From contig CM059427.1 in NCBI GenBank assembly GCA_030390025.1, forward strand, positions 132,122,001 through 132,186,000: 64,000 bases of DNA, written 5' to 3'. Position numbers and translations under genes: made by a program. The notes beneath the pieces were generated by a model. It was not told where the DNA came from. It made no database searches and worked only from the letters and a program-made list of their open reading frames with translations. Below are positions 1-10,059 of the stretch, piece by piece (within the stretch, counting starts at the first letter, position 1; each line of letters opens with the position of its first letter). The DNA is from Squalus acanthias (taxonomy: Eukaryota).

Positions 1-1226
1 TTATCAGGCACAACATAAGCTGTGATCTTAGCTTGTGTCGCCTTTGTACTGTGTCTGCTGCCTTGTGCTATAACAGTTTATGAACCATTGAGTATTTTAC
101 CTGCTGTTAGAGTAAGCAGGTTGTACCAGAATGAGCCCTAATGTTAACCATAACCATGTTCTGTTTCTAGAGGTTTGCGGGGGAGAAATTCGGCATGTTA
201 GTACCCCCAGTTAACGCCTGGCCTGGGGGTCCTAATGGGGCACTCAGGCAGTAATGCCGGGGCGAATCCCGCTCCGCACAGCAAATTCGCTAGCGCCGGC
301 ACTAACTGCGCTTCGGCACCTTTCGCCATGCAGATCGTGACGTCAGCGAGCATGCAACACTCGCTGGGCACCCGATCTGCAAACTTCAGTAGCACCCCCC
401 CTACCTTACCACCTCGCTCCAACAGCGCCAGGGAGCGGAGGCGTGAACCAGCCGGCTGGCAGCTGGCGGGACACTACTTAAGAACGTGGTAACAGGACAC
501 TTAGAAAATAGTAATAGGATTGGGCAGAGTCAACATGGATTATGAAAGGGAAATCGTGTTTGACGAATCTGCTTTTTGAGGTTGTAACTAGCAGAATAGA
601 TAAGGGGGAACCAATGGATTTTCAGAAGGCATTCGATAAGGTTCCACACAAGAGGTTATTAAACAAAATTAGGGTTCATGGGATTGGGGGTAATATATTA
701 GCATGGATTGAGGATTAGTTAACGGACAGAAAACAGAGAGTAGGAATAAACGGGTAATTTTCAGGTTGGCAGGCTGTAACTAGTGGGGTACCACAAGGAT
801 CAGTGCTTAGGCCTCAGCTATTCACAATCTACATCAATGATTTGGATGAGGGGACCAAATGTAATATATCCAAGTTTGCTGATGATACAAAGCTGGGTGG
901 GAATGTAAGTTGTGAGGAGGATGCTAAAAGGCTTCAGGGAGATATAGGCAAGCTAAGTGAGTGGGCAAGAACATGGCAAATGGAATATAATGTGGAGAAA
1001 TGTGAAGTTATCCACTTTGGTAGGAAAAATAGAAAATCAGAGTATTTTTTAAGTGGTGAGAGATTGGGAAATGTTGGTGTTCAGAGGGACCTGGGTGTCC
1101 TTGTACACGAATCACTGAAAGTTAACATGCAAGTACAGCAAGAAATTAGGAAAGCAAATGGTATGTTGGCCTTTATTACAAGAGGATTTGAGTATAAGAG
1201 TAAAGACGTCTTACTACAATTATATA

Positions 1227-1423
1227 TGATGTGGAGATGCCGGTGTTGGACTGGGGTGGACAAAAGTGAGAAGTCGCACAACACCAGGTTATAGTCCAAC
1301 AGTTTTATTTGAAATCACAAGCTTTCGGAGCGCTGCTCCTTCACCTGACGAAGGAGCAGCGCTCCGAAAGCTAGTGATTTCAAATAAAACTGTTGGACTA
1401 TAACCTGGTGTTGTGCGACTTCT
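1227..1423. mobile_element. Short palindromic Penelope-derived insertion with 12-bp TSD
   Basis: TSD TACAATTATATA (1215-1226, 1424-1435); ~74-bp arm near-perfect inverted repeat at ~1270-1423. Confidence 0.85.
1341..1377 (+). ncRNA. Minimal hammerhead ribozyme motif (Penelope-type)
   Basis: UCAC-CUGACGA-A-GGAGC(AGC)GCUCC-GAAA-GC-UA-GUGA: core boxes, stem II, stem I and loopless palindromic stem III. Confidence 0.72.
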
Positions 1424-2419
1424 TACAATTATATAGGGCATTAGTGAGGCCACACCTGGTGTATTGTGTACAGTTTTGGTCTCCTTACCTAAGGAAGGTT
1501 ATACTTGCCATAGAGGGAGTGCAACAAAGGTTCACCAGACTGATTCCTGGGATGGGGGGGATTGTCCTATGACGAGAGATTGAGTAAACTAGGCCTATAT
1601 TCTCCAGAGTTTAAAAGAATGAGAGGTGTTCTAATTGAAACATACAAAATTCTTACAGGGCTTGACAGGGTAGATGGAGGGAGGATGTTTCCCCTGGCTG
1701 GGGAGTCTAGAACCAGGGGTCACAGTCTCAGAATAAGGGGTCAGCTATTTAGGACTGAGATGAGGAGAAATTTCTTTACTCAAGGGTGGTGAATCTTTGG
1801 AATTCTCTACCCAAGAGGGCTGTGGAGGCTCAGTCGTTGATTATATTCAAGACAGAGATCGATAGATTTTTGAATATTAAGGGAATCAAGGGATATGGGG
1901 ACAGTGCAGGAAAGTGGAGTTGAGGTAGAAGATCAGCCATGATTTTATTGAATGGCAGAGCAGGCTTGAAGGGCCAAATGGCCTACTCCAGCTCCTATTT
2001 CTTATGTTCTTATTTTCTTATTCTTTGAGCGCTGAGACTGAATTTAGCAGGCAGTGAGATTGATGAGCGCCTGGTGCTAAACTTCAAACTTCTCAAAAGT
2101 TAGTGCCCCAACCAGGGCGATACCGAATTTCTAGCCCTGCATGTCTAATTGATCATAAGAACATAAGTACGGCCCCTCAAGCCTGCTCGGCCATTCAATA
2201 AGATCATGGCTCAACTCCACTTTCCTGTCCTATCCCCATATCCTTTGATTCCCTTCATTCTGCTTAATTACAGAATTATTGATGCTGTTTTATCAGGATA
2301 CTCGCTGCTCTCTGCCTTCAGTTAATATGCTGTAAATACATTTGCTCCAATGCAAGTGATGAAGCTGTAAATATTTGTTTGATCTCTTATCTAATGACAT
2401 GTTCCTGTCTGTGCTGTAG

Positions 2420-2740
2420 ATGGTTACATTCAGGAGCCTGTGGTCCATCTGATCTCTCCTCCACTTGATGCTGACACAGCAGGACAAACTGTTGCAATGA
2501 CTTGTTTGGTGTCAGACTTTTACCCTGTTGATATTTCCGTGACTTGGAGAGATGAGAATGGTCCAGTGGATACGGGAGTGACACACTTTGGAGTGGCTTT
2601 GGGCAGTAACGGCACCTACCGGACTGTGAGCCAGCTCACTGTGCCGACAGCAGAGTGGGAGAGTAACCACATTTACTGGTGTGAAGTGAAACACGTGTCC
2701 CTGGGACAGCCGACACGGAGAGCTGTCAGTAAGGATCTGG
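2420..2740 (+). CDS. Ig-superfamily C1-set domain exon (membrane receptor; SIRP/antigen-receptor-like architecture)
   Basis: tag|AT acceptor and G|gtaag donor; 321-nt phase 1-1 exon. Translates (x)DGYIQEPVVHLISPP...MTCLVSDFYPVDISVTW...NGTYRTVSQLTVPTAEWESNHIYWCEVKHVSL...KDL, with the C1 signatures CxVxxFYP, the C-strand W and YxCxVxH. Confidence 0.93.
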
Positions 2741-2756
2741 GTAAGATCTACATTAG

Positions 2757-3594
2757 TGTGTGTGTTTGGGGAGGGTGTATGTGTGTGTGGGTGGGGTGTG
2801 TGTGGTTGGGTGTGTGTGGGTGGGAGGTGGGTGTGTATGGGTGGGGTGTGTGAGGTGGGCTGTGTGGGTGGGAGGTGGGTGTGTGTGGGTGGGGTGTGTG
2901 TGAGGTGGGTGTGTGTGTGTGTGGGTGTGTGTGGGTGGGTGTGTGTGTGGGTGGGTGGGTGTGTGGGTGGGGTGTGTGAGGTGGGCTGTGTGGTTGGGTG
3001 TGTGTGGGTGTGTGTGGGTGGAGTGTGTGTGTGTGTGGGTGGGAGGTGGGTGTGTGTGGGTGGGGTATGTGAGGTGGGCTGTGTAGGTGGGAGGTGGGTG
3101 TGTATGGGTGGGTGTGTGTGGGTGGGTGTGTGTGGGTGGGGTGTGTGAGGTGGGCTGTGTTGGTGGGAGGTGGGTGTGTATGGGTGGGTGTGTGTGGGTA
3201 GGAGGTGGGTGTGTGAGTGGGTTTGTGAGGGTGGGGTGTGTGAGGTGGGCTGTGTGGGTGGGAGGTGGGTGTGTATGGGTGGGTGTGTGTGGGTGGGAGG
3301 TGGGTGTGTGTGGGTGGGGTGTGTGAGGTGGGCTGTGTGGGTGGGAGGTGGATGTGTATGGGTGTGTGTGTGTGTGGGTGGGAGGTGGGTGTGTGTGAGT
3401 GGGTTTGTGTGGGTGGGGTGTGTATGGGTGTGTGTGTGGGTGGGGTGTGTGATTGGGTGTGTGAGGTGGGCTGCATGGGTGGAAGATGGGTGTGTGTGGG
3501 TGGGGTGTGTTAGGTGGGGTGGGTGTGTATGGGTAGGTGTGTATGGGTGTGTGTGTGTGTGTGTGTGGGTGGGGTGTGTGTGTGTGTGTGTGTT
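2757..3594 (+). repeat. GT/G-rich compound micro/minisatellite (intronic)
   Basis: Recurring unit GGGTGGGGTGTGTGAGGTGGGCTGTGTGGGTGGGAGGTGGGTGTGT. Confidence 0.95.
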
Positions 3595-4050
3595 TTAAGG
3601 TACGGGAGAGTCGGCAGTGAATCAGTAGAATCAGTAACCTGGGCCCCATGGAAATATCTCTGGAAACAACCTTACTATCTGCAGATGTCTGTGGTTTAAG
3701 GGAAAGTATTAGCTGTTGATCAGGTGTGAACATGACTTAGTTTCATACACACGCTGACTGATTTACACTCGGTGAGATTATTAATTAGTGAATATCAAAT
3801 CAAAGCCAGTTTGATTGACAGGTGCTACTCCACCTAAAAACTTTGCTACTTATTTCTAAATCAGGAATTTATTTAATTCCTATTGTACCCTGAGTTCCAG
3901 TATTTATCCCTCTGGGCGGGGTAGGTTACAGATGCTACACACTCACCAAAAAAAAAAATTCTCAATAAGGAATACATATCGTACTGTTTATTATTTTATA
4001 CCCCTGGTACCTGTGCCCTGTTTCAACAAAGATTTGTTGTCTCCTTGCAG

Positions 4051-4183
4051 TGAAGTCCGGCGGAGCCCCGGGGATGATGGCTCTGCTGTGGATTGTTGCC
4101 TGTTGTGGGAAGCCTGCTTTTAATTATTGCTGTCGTTATTCTCATCTACAAGAAAACCACTTCGTCTTCCCGCACTGCGACCG
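4051..4183 (+). CDS. Connecting peptide/transmembrane exon of the Ig receptor, with apparent +1 frameshift
   Basis: ttgcag|TG acceptor and ACCG|gtaag donor. The phase-1 frame gives VKSGGAPGMMALLWIVACCGK; the +1 frame continues LLLIIAVVILIYKKTTSSSRTAT. The exon is 133 nt, and 132 nt would keep phase 1-1. Confidence 0.78.
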
Positions 4184-4254
4184 GTAAGCTTGGCTTCACT
4201 GCTCTACGTGTATAGTTGAAATGTTGCCACTATTTTAACACAGGTGTTGCACCA

Positions 4255-4655
4255 TCTTGTTCTCCTTAGAGCAGAGAAGGCTAAGAGGAGATTTGATGGA
4301 GGTGTTTAAAATCTTGAAGAGTTTAGATAGAGTAAATAAAGAGAAACCATTTCCAATGGCTGAAGGGTCGATAACCAGAGGGCACAGATTTTAGGTGATT
4401 GGCAAAAGAACCAGAGGAGACTTGAGGAAAAACTTTTTTACACGAGTGGTTAGGATTTGGAATGCACTGCCTGATAGGATGGTGGAAGCAGATTCAATAG
4501 TAGCTTTCAAAAGGGAATTGGATAAATACTTGAAGGAGAAAAAATTGGGGAAATAGCCAGGGAGTGGGCCTAACTGGATTGCTCTTCGATAGAGCCAGCG
4601 CAGACGCGATGGGCCAAATGGCCTCCTTCTGTGCTGTACTATTCTATGATTCTAT
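4255..4655 (+). mobile_element. CR1 3' fragment in the Ig-gene intron
   Basis: LEQRRLRGDL-coding sequence, CR1 3' UTR, ATTCTATG tail. Confidence 0.85.
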
Positions 4656-4800
4656 GAAACCACTGTTTTGAAACTTAACTGCGAAGAGAAAGTTACATCA
4701 ACACACGTTTGTAAATTATTGTAACAATATCCACTGATTGAGACAGAAAGAATAATGATACAACGCCCATGTTTCTGTTTCTTGATGCAATAAATTTCAG

Positions 4801-4951
4801 GGAGACGCTGAGCCTGGACACCAGACAGGAATCCACCTGCGAAAACATCTATTGCAAGGTACACGGACAAGAATGGTATGTTTGGATCACAAGTATCACC
4901 CCGGGAGTGTGTCTGTACCACACATTTCAGGGAAGTCTCTTCGAAGTTTAG
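4801..4951 (+). CDS. Probable last exon of the Ig receptor (short tail GRR* if the TM frame is corrected; ~50-aa ORF if read as assembled)
   Basis: aatttcag|GG acceptor in non-repetitive sequence downstream of the TM exon. Phase 1 gives GGG AGA CGC TGA; phase 2 gives ETLSLDTRQESTCENIYCKV...FEV*. Confidence 0.5.
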
Positions 4952-5304
4952 GACATGATTGTTGAAGTTACGGTGATTTACATTTCACACATCAGTCTTG
5001 CACAGATCTAGTGAACTCTTGTCAGATGCAAAATACAGAGTCGGTGTTTGAGGGGTAAGGAATATTGCCCACTGCTTGCTGGTGTCTGTTCTATTCACAA
5101 TGCACCATCTTTTTTACGAGGAGTATTGAATACTGACCTAGGATTTGTTTTCTCATTTCAATGTGTGCTTGCACAGGAGCCGTTAGGTACAGGGGACTGA
5201 GGCTAGTAGCTTGACGCTATTAGCAGTCAGTTCAAATTGTTGAATCTTTCGATTTGGCAATTTACAGCCTTTCGGACTCAACATTGATTTCACCAATTTC
5301 AGAT

Positions 5305-5890
5305 CATTACCTCTGCCCCCATGTTTTCAGAATGCAGGTGCTGATTCTGCTATTCCTATTTACACCTCTTCTAGACCCATCTTTTGTTTCTTTACTTGTC
5401 CCATACCACCCCCTTTTGCCTATCACCATTATCCCTTTTGTCATTTAATCTCGATAGCAAAATACTACAGATGCTGGAAATCCGAAATAACAACAGAAAA
5501 CACTGGAAAAACTCAGCAGGCGAGGCAGCATCCGTGGAGAGAGAAACAGAGTTAACGTTTCAGGTCGAAGACCTTTCGTCAGAACTCACGAAAGGTCTTC
5601 GACCTGAAACGTTAACTCTGTTTCTCTCTCCACAGATGCTGCCTCACCTGCTGAGTTTTTCCAGCGTTTTCTATTGTCATTTAATCTCTCCTGCCTTCCA
5701 CCCTAACACAAACCTTCCCTTTTCTTTCCTCAATGCCCCCCTTTCCCTGCCACTGTACTTGCTTAAAACCTGTTATATCTGTAACATTTTCCAGTTCTGA
5801 TGAAAGGTCATCGACCTGAAACCTTAACTCTGTTTCTCTCTCCACAGATGCTGCCTGACCTGCTGAGTATTTCCAGCATTTTCTGCCTTC
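5305..5890. mobile_element. Penelope 3' terminal (pLTR-like) fragments in inverted arrangement
   Basis: Matches 48880-49230; internal inverted repeat ~5490-5680. Confidence 0.75.
5550..5586 (-). ncRNA. Minimal hammerhead ribozyme motif (second family)
   Basis: AGUU-CUGACGA-A-AGGUC(UUC)GACCU-GAAA-CG-UU-AACU; variants at 5793-5829 (+) and 59705-59741 (-). Confidence 0.72.
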
Positions 5891-6520
5891 TCAGCCTGAA
5901 AATTAACTTAATTTATAAACCAACACTGAATCACTATTGCAGGCTTTATTTTTGCATTCAACAGTTATCCAAATTTAATGTGTGACTCTTTTTGATAACG
6001 TGCCTTTTATAACCTCCAACTAAAGACTGAAACCATTGTTTTTGGTAGCCACCACAAACTCCGTTCCCTGGCCATCGTTTCCATCCCTGGCAACTGTCTG
6101 AAGCTGAGTCAGACCATTCGCAACATGTGGCGTTGTGTTTGACTCCGAGATGAGTTTCCAACCACATCTCTGCTCCATCACCAAGACTGCCTACTTCCAT
6201 CTCTGTAACATCGCCCCACTCTGACCCTGCCTCAGCTCATTTGTTGCTGAAACCCTCAGCCATGCCTTTGTTACCTCCAGACTTGATTATTTCAATGCTC
6301 TCCTGGCCAGCCTCCCATTTTCCACCCTACATAAACTTGAGTTCATCCAAAACTCTGCTGCCCATATCTTAACTCGCTCCAAGTCTCGTTCACCCATCTT
6401 GCTGACCTACACAGGCTCCCAGTCCCACAATGCCTCAATTTTAAAATCCTTATCCATGTTTTCAAATCCCTCCATGGTCTCACCCCTCCCTATCTCTGTA
6501 ATCTTCTCCAGCCCTACAAG

Positions 6521-7454
6521 GTATGATCAGTAAGTTTGCAGATGACACAAAAATTGGTGGAGTGGTAAATAGCGAGGAGGGAAGCCTCAGGCTACAGGAC
6601 GATATAGACGGGTTGGTCAGATGGGCAGAACAGTGGCAAATGGAATTTAACCCTGAAAAGTGTGAGGTGATGCATTTTGGGAGGACTAACAAGGCAAGGG
6701 AATACACAATGAATGGTAGGACCCTAGGAAGGACAGAGGATCAGAGGGACCTTGGTGTGCATGTACATAGATCCCTGAAGGCAGCAGGACAGGTAGATAA
6801 GGTGGTTAAAAAGGCATATGGGATACTTGCCTTCATTAGCCGAGGCATAGAATATAAGAGCAGGGAGGTTATGATGGAGCTGTACAAAACGCTAGTTAGG
6901 CCACAGCTGGAATACTGTGTGCAGTTCTGGTCACCACACTATAGGAAGGATGTGATTGCATTGGAGAGGGTGCAGAGGAGATTCACCAGGATGTTACCTG
7001 GGCTGCAGCGCTTCAGCTATGAAGAGAGACTGGACAGGCTGGGGTTGTTTTCCTTAGAGCAGAGAAGGCTGAGGGGGGACCTGATTGAGGTGTACAAAAT
7101 TATGAGGGGCATAGATAGGGTAGATAGAAAGGAACTTTTCCCCTTAGTAAAGGGGTCAATAACCAGGGTGCATAGTTTCAAGGTAAGGGGCAGGAGGTTT
7201 AGAGGGGATTTGAGGAAAAACTTTTTCACCCAGAGGGTGGTTGGAATCTGGAACTCACTGCCTGAAAGGGTGGTAGAGGCAGGAACCCTCACAACATTCA
7301 AGAAGCATTTAGATGAGCACTTGAAATGCCACAGCATACAAGGCTACGGACCAAGTGCTGGAAAATGGGATCAAAATAGACAGGGCTTGATGGCCGGTGC
7401 GGACACGATGGGCCGAAGGGCCTCTTTCTGTGCTGTATAACTCTATGACTCTAT
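6521..7454 (+). mobile_element. Young CR1 3' fragment (open 305-aa frame) nested in L2
   Basis: KFADDTK...LVRPQLEYC...; tail ACTCTATGACTCTAT; nearly identical to 15298-16194. Confidence 0.92.
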
Positions 7455-7579
7455 AAGCTTTCGAGATCTCTGCATTCCTCCAATTCTGGCCTCTTGTGCA
7501 TCCCCGATTTTAATCACTCCACCATTGGTGGCCATGCTTTCAGCTGCCTAGGCCCTAAGCTCTGGAATTCCCTCCCCAA

Positions 7580-7847
7580 TCACAGAATCACAGAATCCCC
7601 ACAGTGCAGATAGAGGCCATTTCGGCCCATCGAGCCTGCACTGACACATATCCCACCCTATCCCTGTAACCCCACGTATTTAATCATCGCCAAATCAACC
7701 TAACCCGCACATCTTTGGACTGTGGGAGGAAACCCACGCAGACACAGGGAGAATGTGCAAACTCCACACAGACAGTCACCCGAGGCCGGATTCGAACCCG
7801 GGTCCCTGGCGCTGTGAAGCAACAGTGCTAACCACTATGCCACCGTG
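7580..7847 (-). mobile_element. tRNA-derived SINE (HE1/V-SINE-like)
   Basis: Pol III A box TGGCATAGTGG, B box GGTTCGAATCC, V-domain-like core, CR1-type tail. Confidence 0.85.
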
Positions 7848-9164
7848 TTGACCCTCACCGCCTCTCTACCTCTCCTCCTTTAAGATGCTACTTAAAACCT
7901 ACCTCTTTGACCAAGCTTTTGGTCATCTGACCTGATATCTCCTTATGTGGCTTGGTGTCAAAAAAATATTTTTATTGATATCGCTCTCGTGAAACGCCTT
8001 GGGATGTTTTGCTATGTTAAAGGCATTATATAAATGCAAGTTATTGTTATTATAGCTTCATCTGTACATTTGCGATCCTGTAACACTTCATAATGTTATA
8101 TCTGAATTGTTTAAATAAAGTGGAATTGCTCAAAGGTGTGGACTTAATTTTGAAAACATCAGCACTGAATGAAAAACCATGAACCAATTCACAAGACTGT
8201 GAGCCACTTAGATTGGAATCGTATAAGAAGTAGAGAACAGCAGTCCTTAGAACACCTGGCTCTAACTAAAGTAGTGTTTTTCAACAAGATGGCCTGGATT
8301 AAAATGACCAAATGTTGGGACTAAAGCATAAACACACTCCATAGGTAGCACTAAAGTACAGCTGGCGTGTAGAGTTTCTACAGCAGGTTGAAGATGAAAT
8401 GCTCATGGCACCCAACACACTATTACCTTACAGAGATTGGAGATTTCAGCCAGAAATGGTAAATTGACTTTTGAGCATTCAGCATTGGATTTGGGAAGAA
8501 TCCAGACAATGTGGATGAGTGGTTTTGCTGTACTTGGCCCTGGTGCAGAGAGGAACTGCAATCTTGGTGCTGGCGAATGGGGATGTGAAGGATTTGTAAA
8601 ACATAAACAAGGCATGGGGGATTGGAATGAAACAGTGCAGCCTGATGTAGGTGCAAATGGGGAGTTAGCAAAGCTCAGTGATGAAGAATGACTGTTTTAG
8701 GAGTGAGGCATGGGTGATTTTGCAATATTCAACTTACAAGATTCATTATCTGATGAGTGACTAACAATTAAATGAATAGATGGTGGGAAATTGTAAAAAT
8801 GTTTAGCCAGTATTGGAGGAGAGTGAATCTGAAAAACAGATTTGGAGAAGGGGAAGATCTGAAGTATTGGATTATTAATAGGCAGCCAAAAGGTGATGCA
8901 TTCACATTTTGGAAAGATGGATGGAGGGCGAGCATGTATCTTTCAGAGATATAGGATGATGCGTTTATGAGATTGTATATGATTATAGGATGACTAAAGG
9001 AGCCTTTGAAAAGTGTCGGGGTGTTGAACGGACAAACAGCATTTGATGTATGTTGGATAACTTATGAGATTTCATATTCTTGAGATGCAACAATCAGGAA
9101 GGAAGAGACTGAACGAAGAAAGGACATTTACAAGTTGATTGGCAGATGAAAGACATGGTGAAAG

Positions 9165-9603
9165 AGCTTGCATTTATATAGCACCTTTCACATCCTGAAG
9201 ACCTCCCAAAGTGCTTCACCTCCAATGAAGTACTTTTAAAGTGTAGTTACTGTTGTAAGGTAAGGAAATGCGGCAGCCACTTTGCTCATAGCAAGAGGTC
9301 ACAAACAGCAATAAATGTGTTTTAGTGATATTGGTTGACGGATAAATGTTGGCTAGGACACCAGGAGCACTCCCCTGCTTCTCTTCAAATAGTACCATAG
9401 GATATTTTATATCCACCTGTAAAGGGCAGATAGGCCCTGGGTTTAACGTCTCATCTAAAAGATGGCACCTCCCACTACTGCAGCAATCTCTCAGTACTGC
9501 ACTGAACTGTTAGCTTAGATGTGCTCAAATTCAGGAGTTGGACTTGAACCAATGCTCTTCTAATTGAGAGGCAAGAGTGCTACCACTGAGCCAAGACTGA
9601 CAC
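9165..9603 (-). mobile_element. Deu-type SINE with L2-like tail (SacSINE1-like)
   Basis: tRNA-like head GGCTCAGTGGTAGCACTC, tail GCTATATAAATGCAAG; further copies ~43010-43445, 46450-46595, 52290-52450, 57700-57860, 60135-60380, 63775-64000. Family name is from memory. Confidence 0.7.
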
Positions 9604-10059
9604 TGTGGTGACTGGCAAATGAATAAAAAATAAGCAGAACTGGCTGAAAATGGACAATTTGATTGATGGAGAATAGTGGGTTTTGCAGATTTGTTGAGGG
9701 GCATAAATATAAAATTATGAAAGTTAAATATGACTGCTACAAAACTAAAGAGCCATGGATTTGTAAAACTCAATGATAAGAGTAGCTGTGCATCTCTAGA
9801 ATTATCCCTCCTTTAAGTTTACCCTCACTGATGTTCTGGTTTGTAATGTCTCAGATATACACAGTTACAAATAAATAAGTGATTCTACCATCTCTAATTG
9901 CTTAGAAAGCATTACAAACTAAAGAAGCAAAGCAAAATTTCAAATGCAAAGTTTCACTTCACCCACCTGATGTACTGTGGGGTATCCAGCTCAGATGCTA
10001 AGCCTGTCAGGGCTGAGTTTCTTTCATCTCCATTTAAACAGATATTCATCAATATTAAC

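Larger units (their letters stand above)
476..2020 (+). mobile_element. CR1-clade LINE, 5'-truncated, decayed
   Basis: RT motifs QGSVL.PQLF, KFADDTK; (TTCTTATG)n-type tail. Confidence 0.9.
179..2137. mobile_element. Harbinger-type MITE interrupted by a CR1
   Basis: GGGGGAGAAATTCGG / CCGAATTTCTAGCCC termini with TGC duplicated on both sides. Confidence 0.75.
6020..8050 (+). mobile_element. L2 3' fragment split by CR1 and SINE
   Basis: Similarity to the 27760-28640 L2 on both sides of the inserts. Confidence 0.8.

Noticed and set aside
2748-3733. Long His/Pro/Thr- and Val/Gly/Cys-rich ORFs
   Set aside because: Artefacts of the GT/G-rich satellite, which lacks stop codons.
4840-4862. ITIM in ENIYCKV
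   Set aside because: Position -2 is Asn (non-canonical), and this frame is reached only through the frameshifted, TM-less reading.
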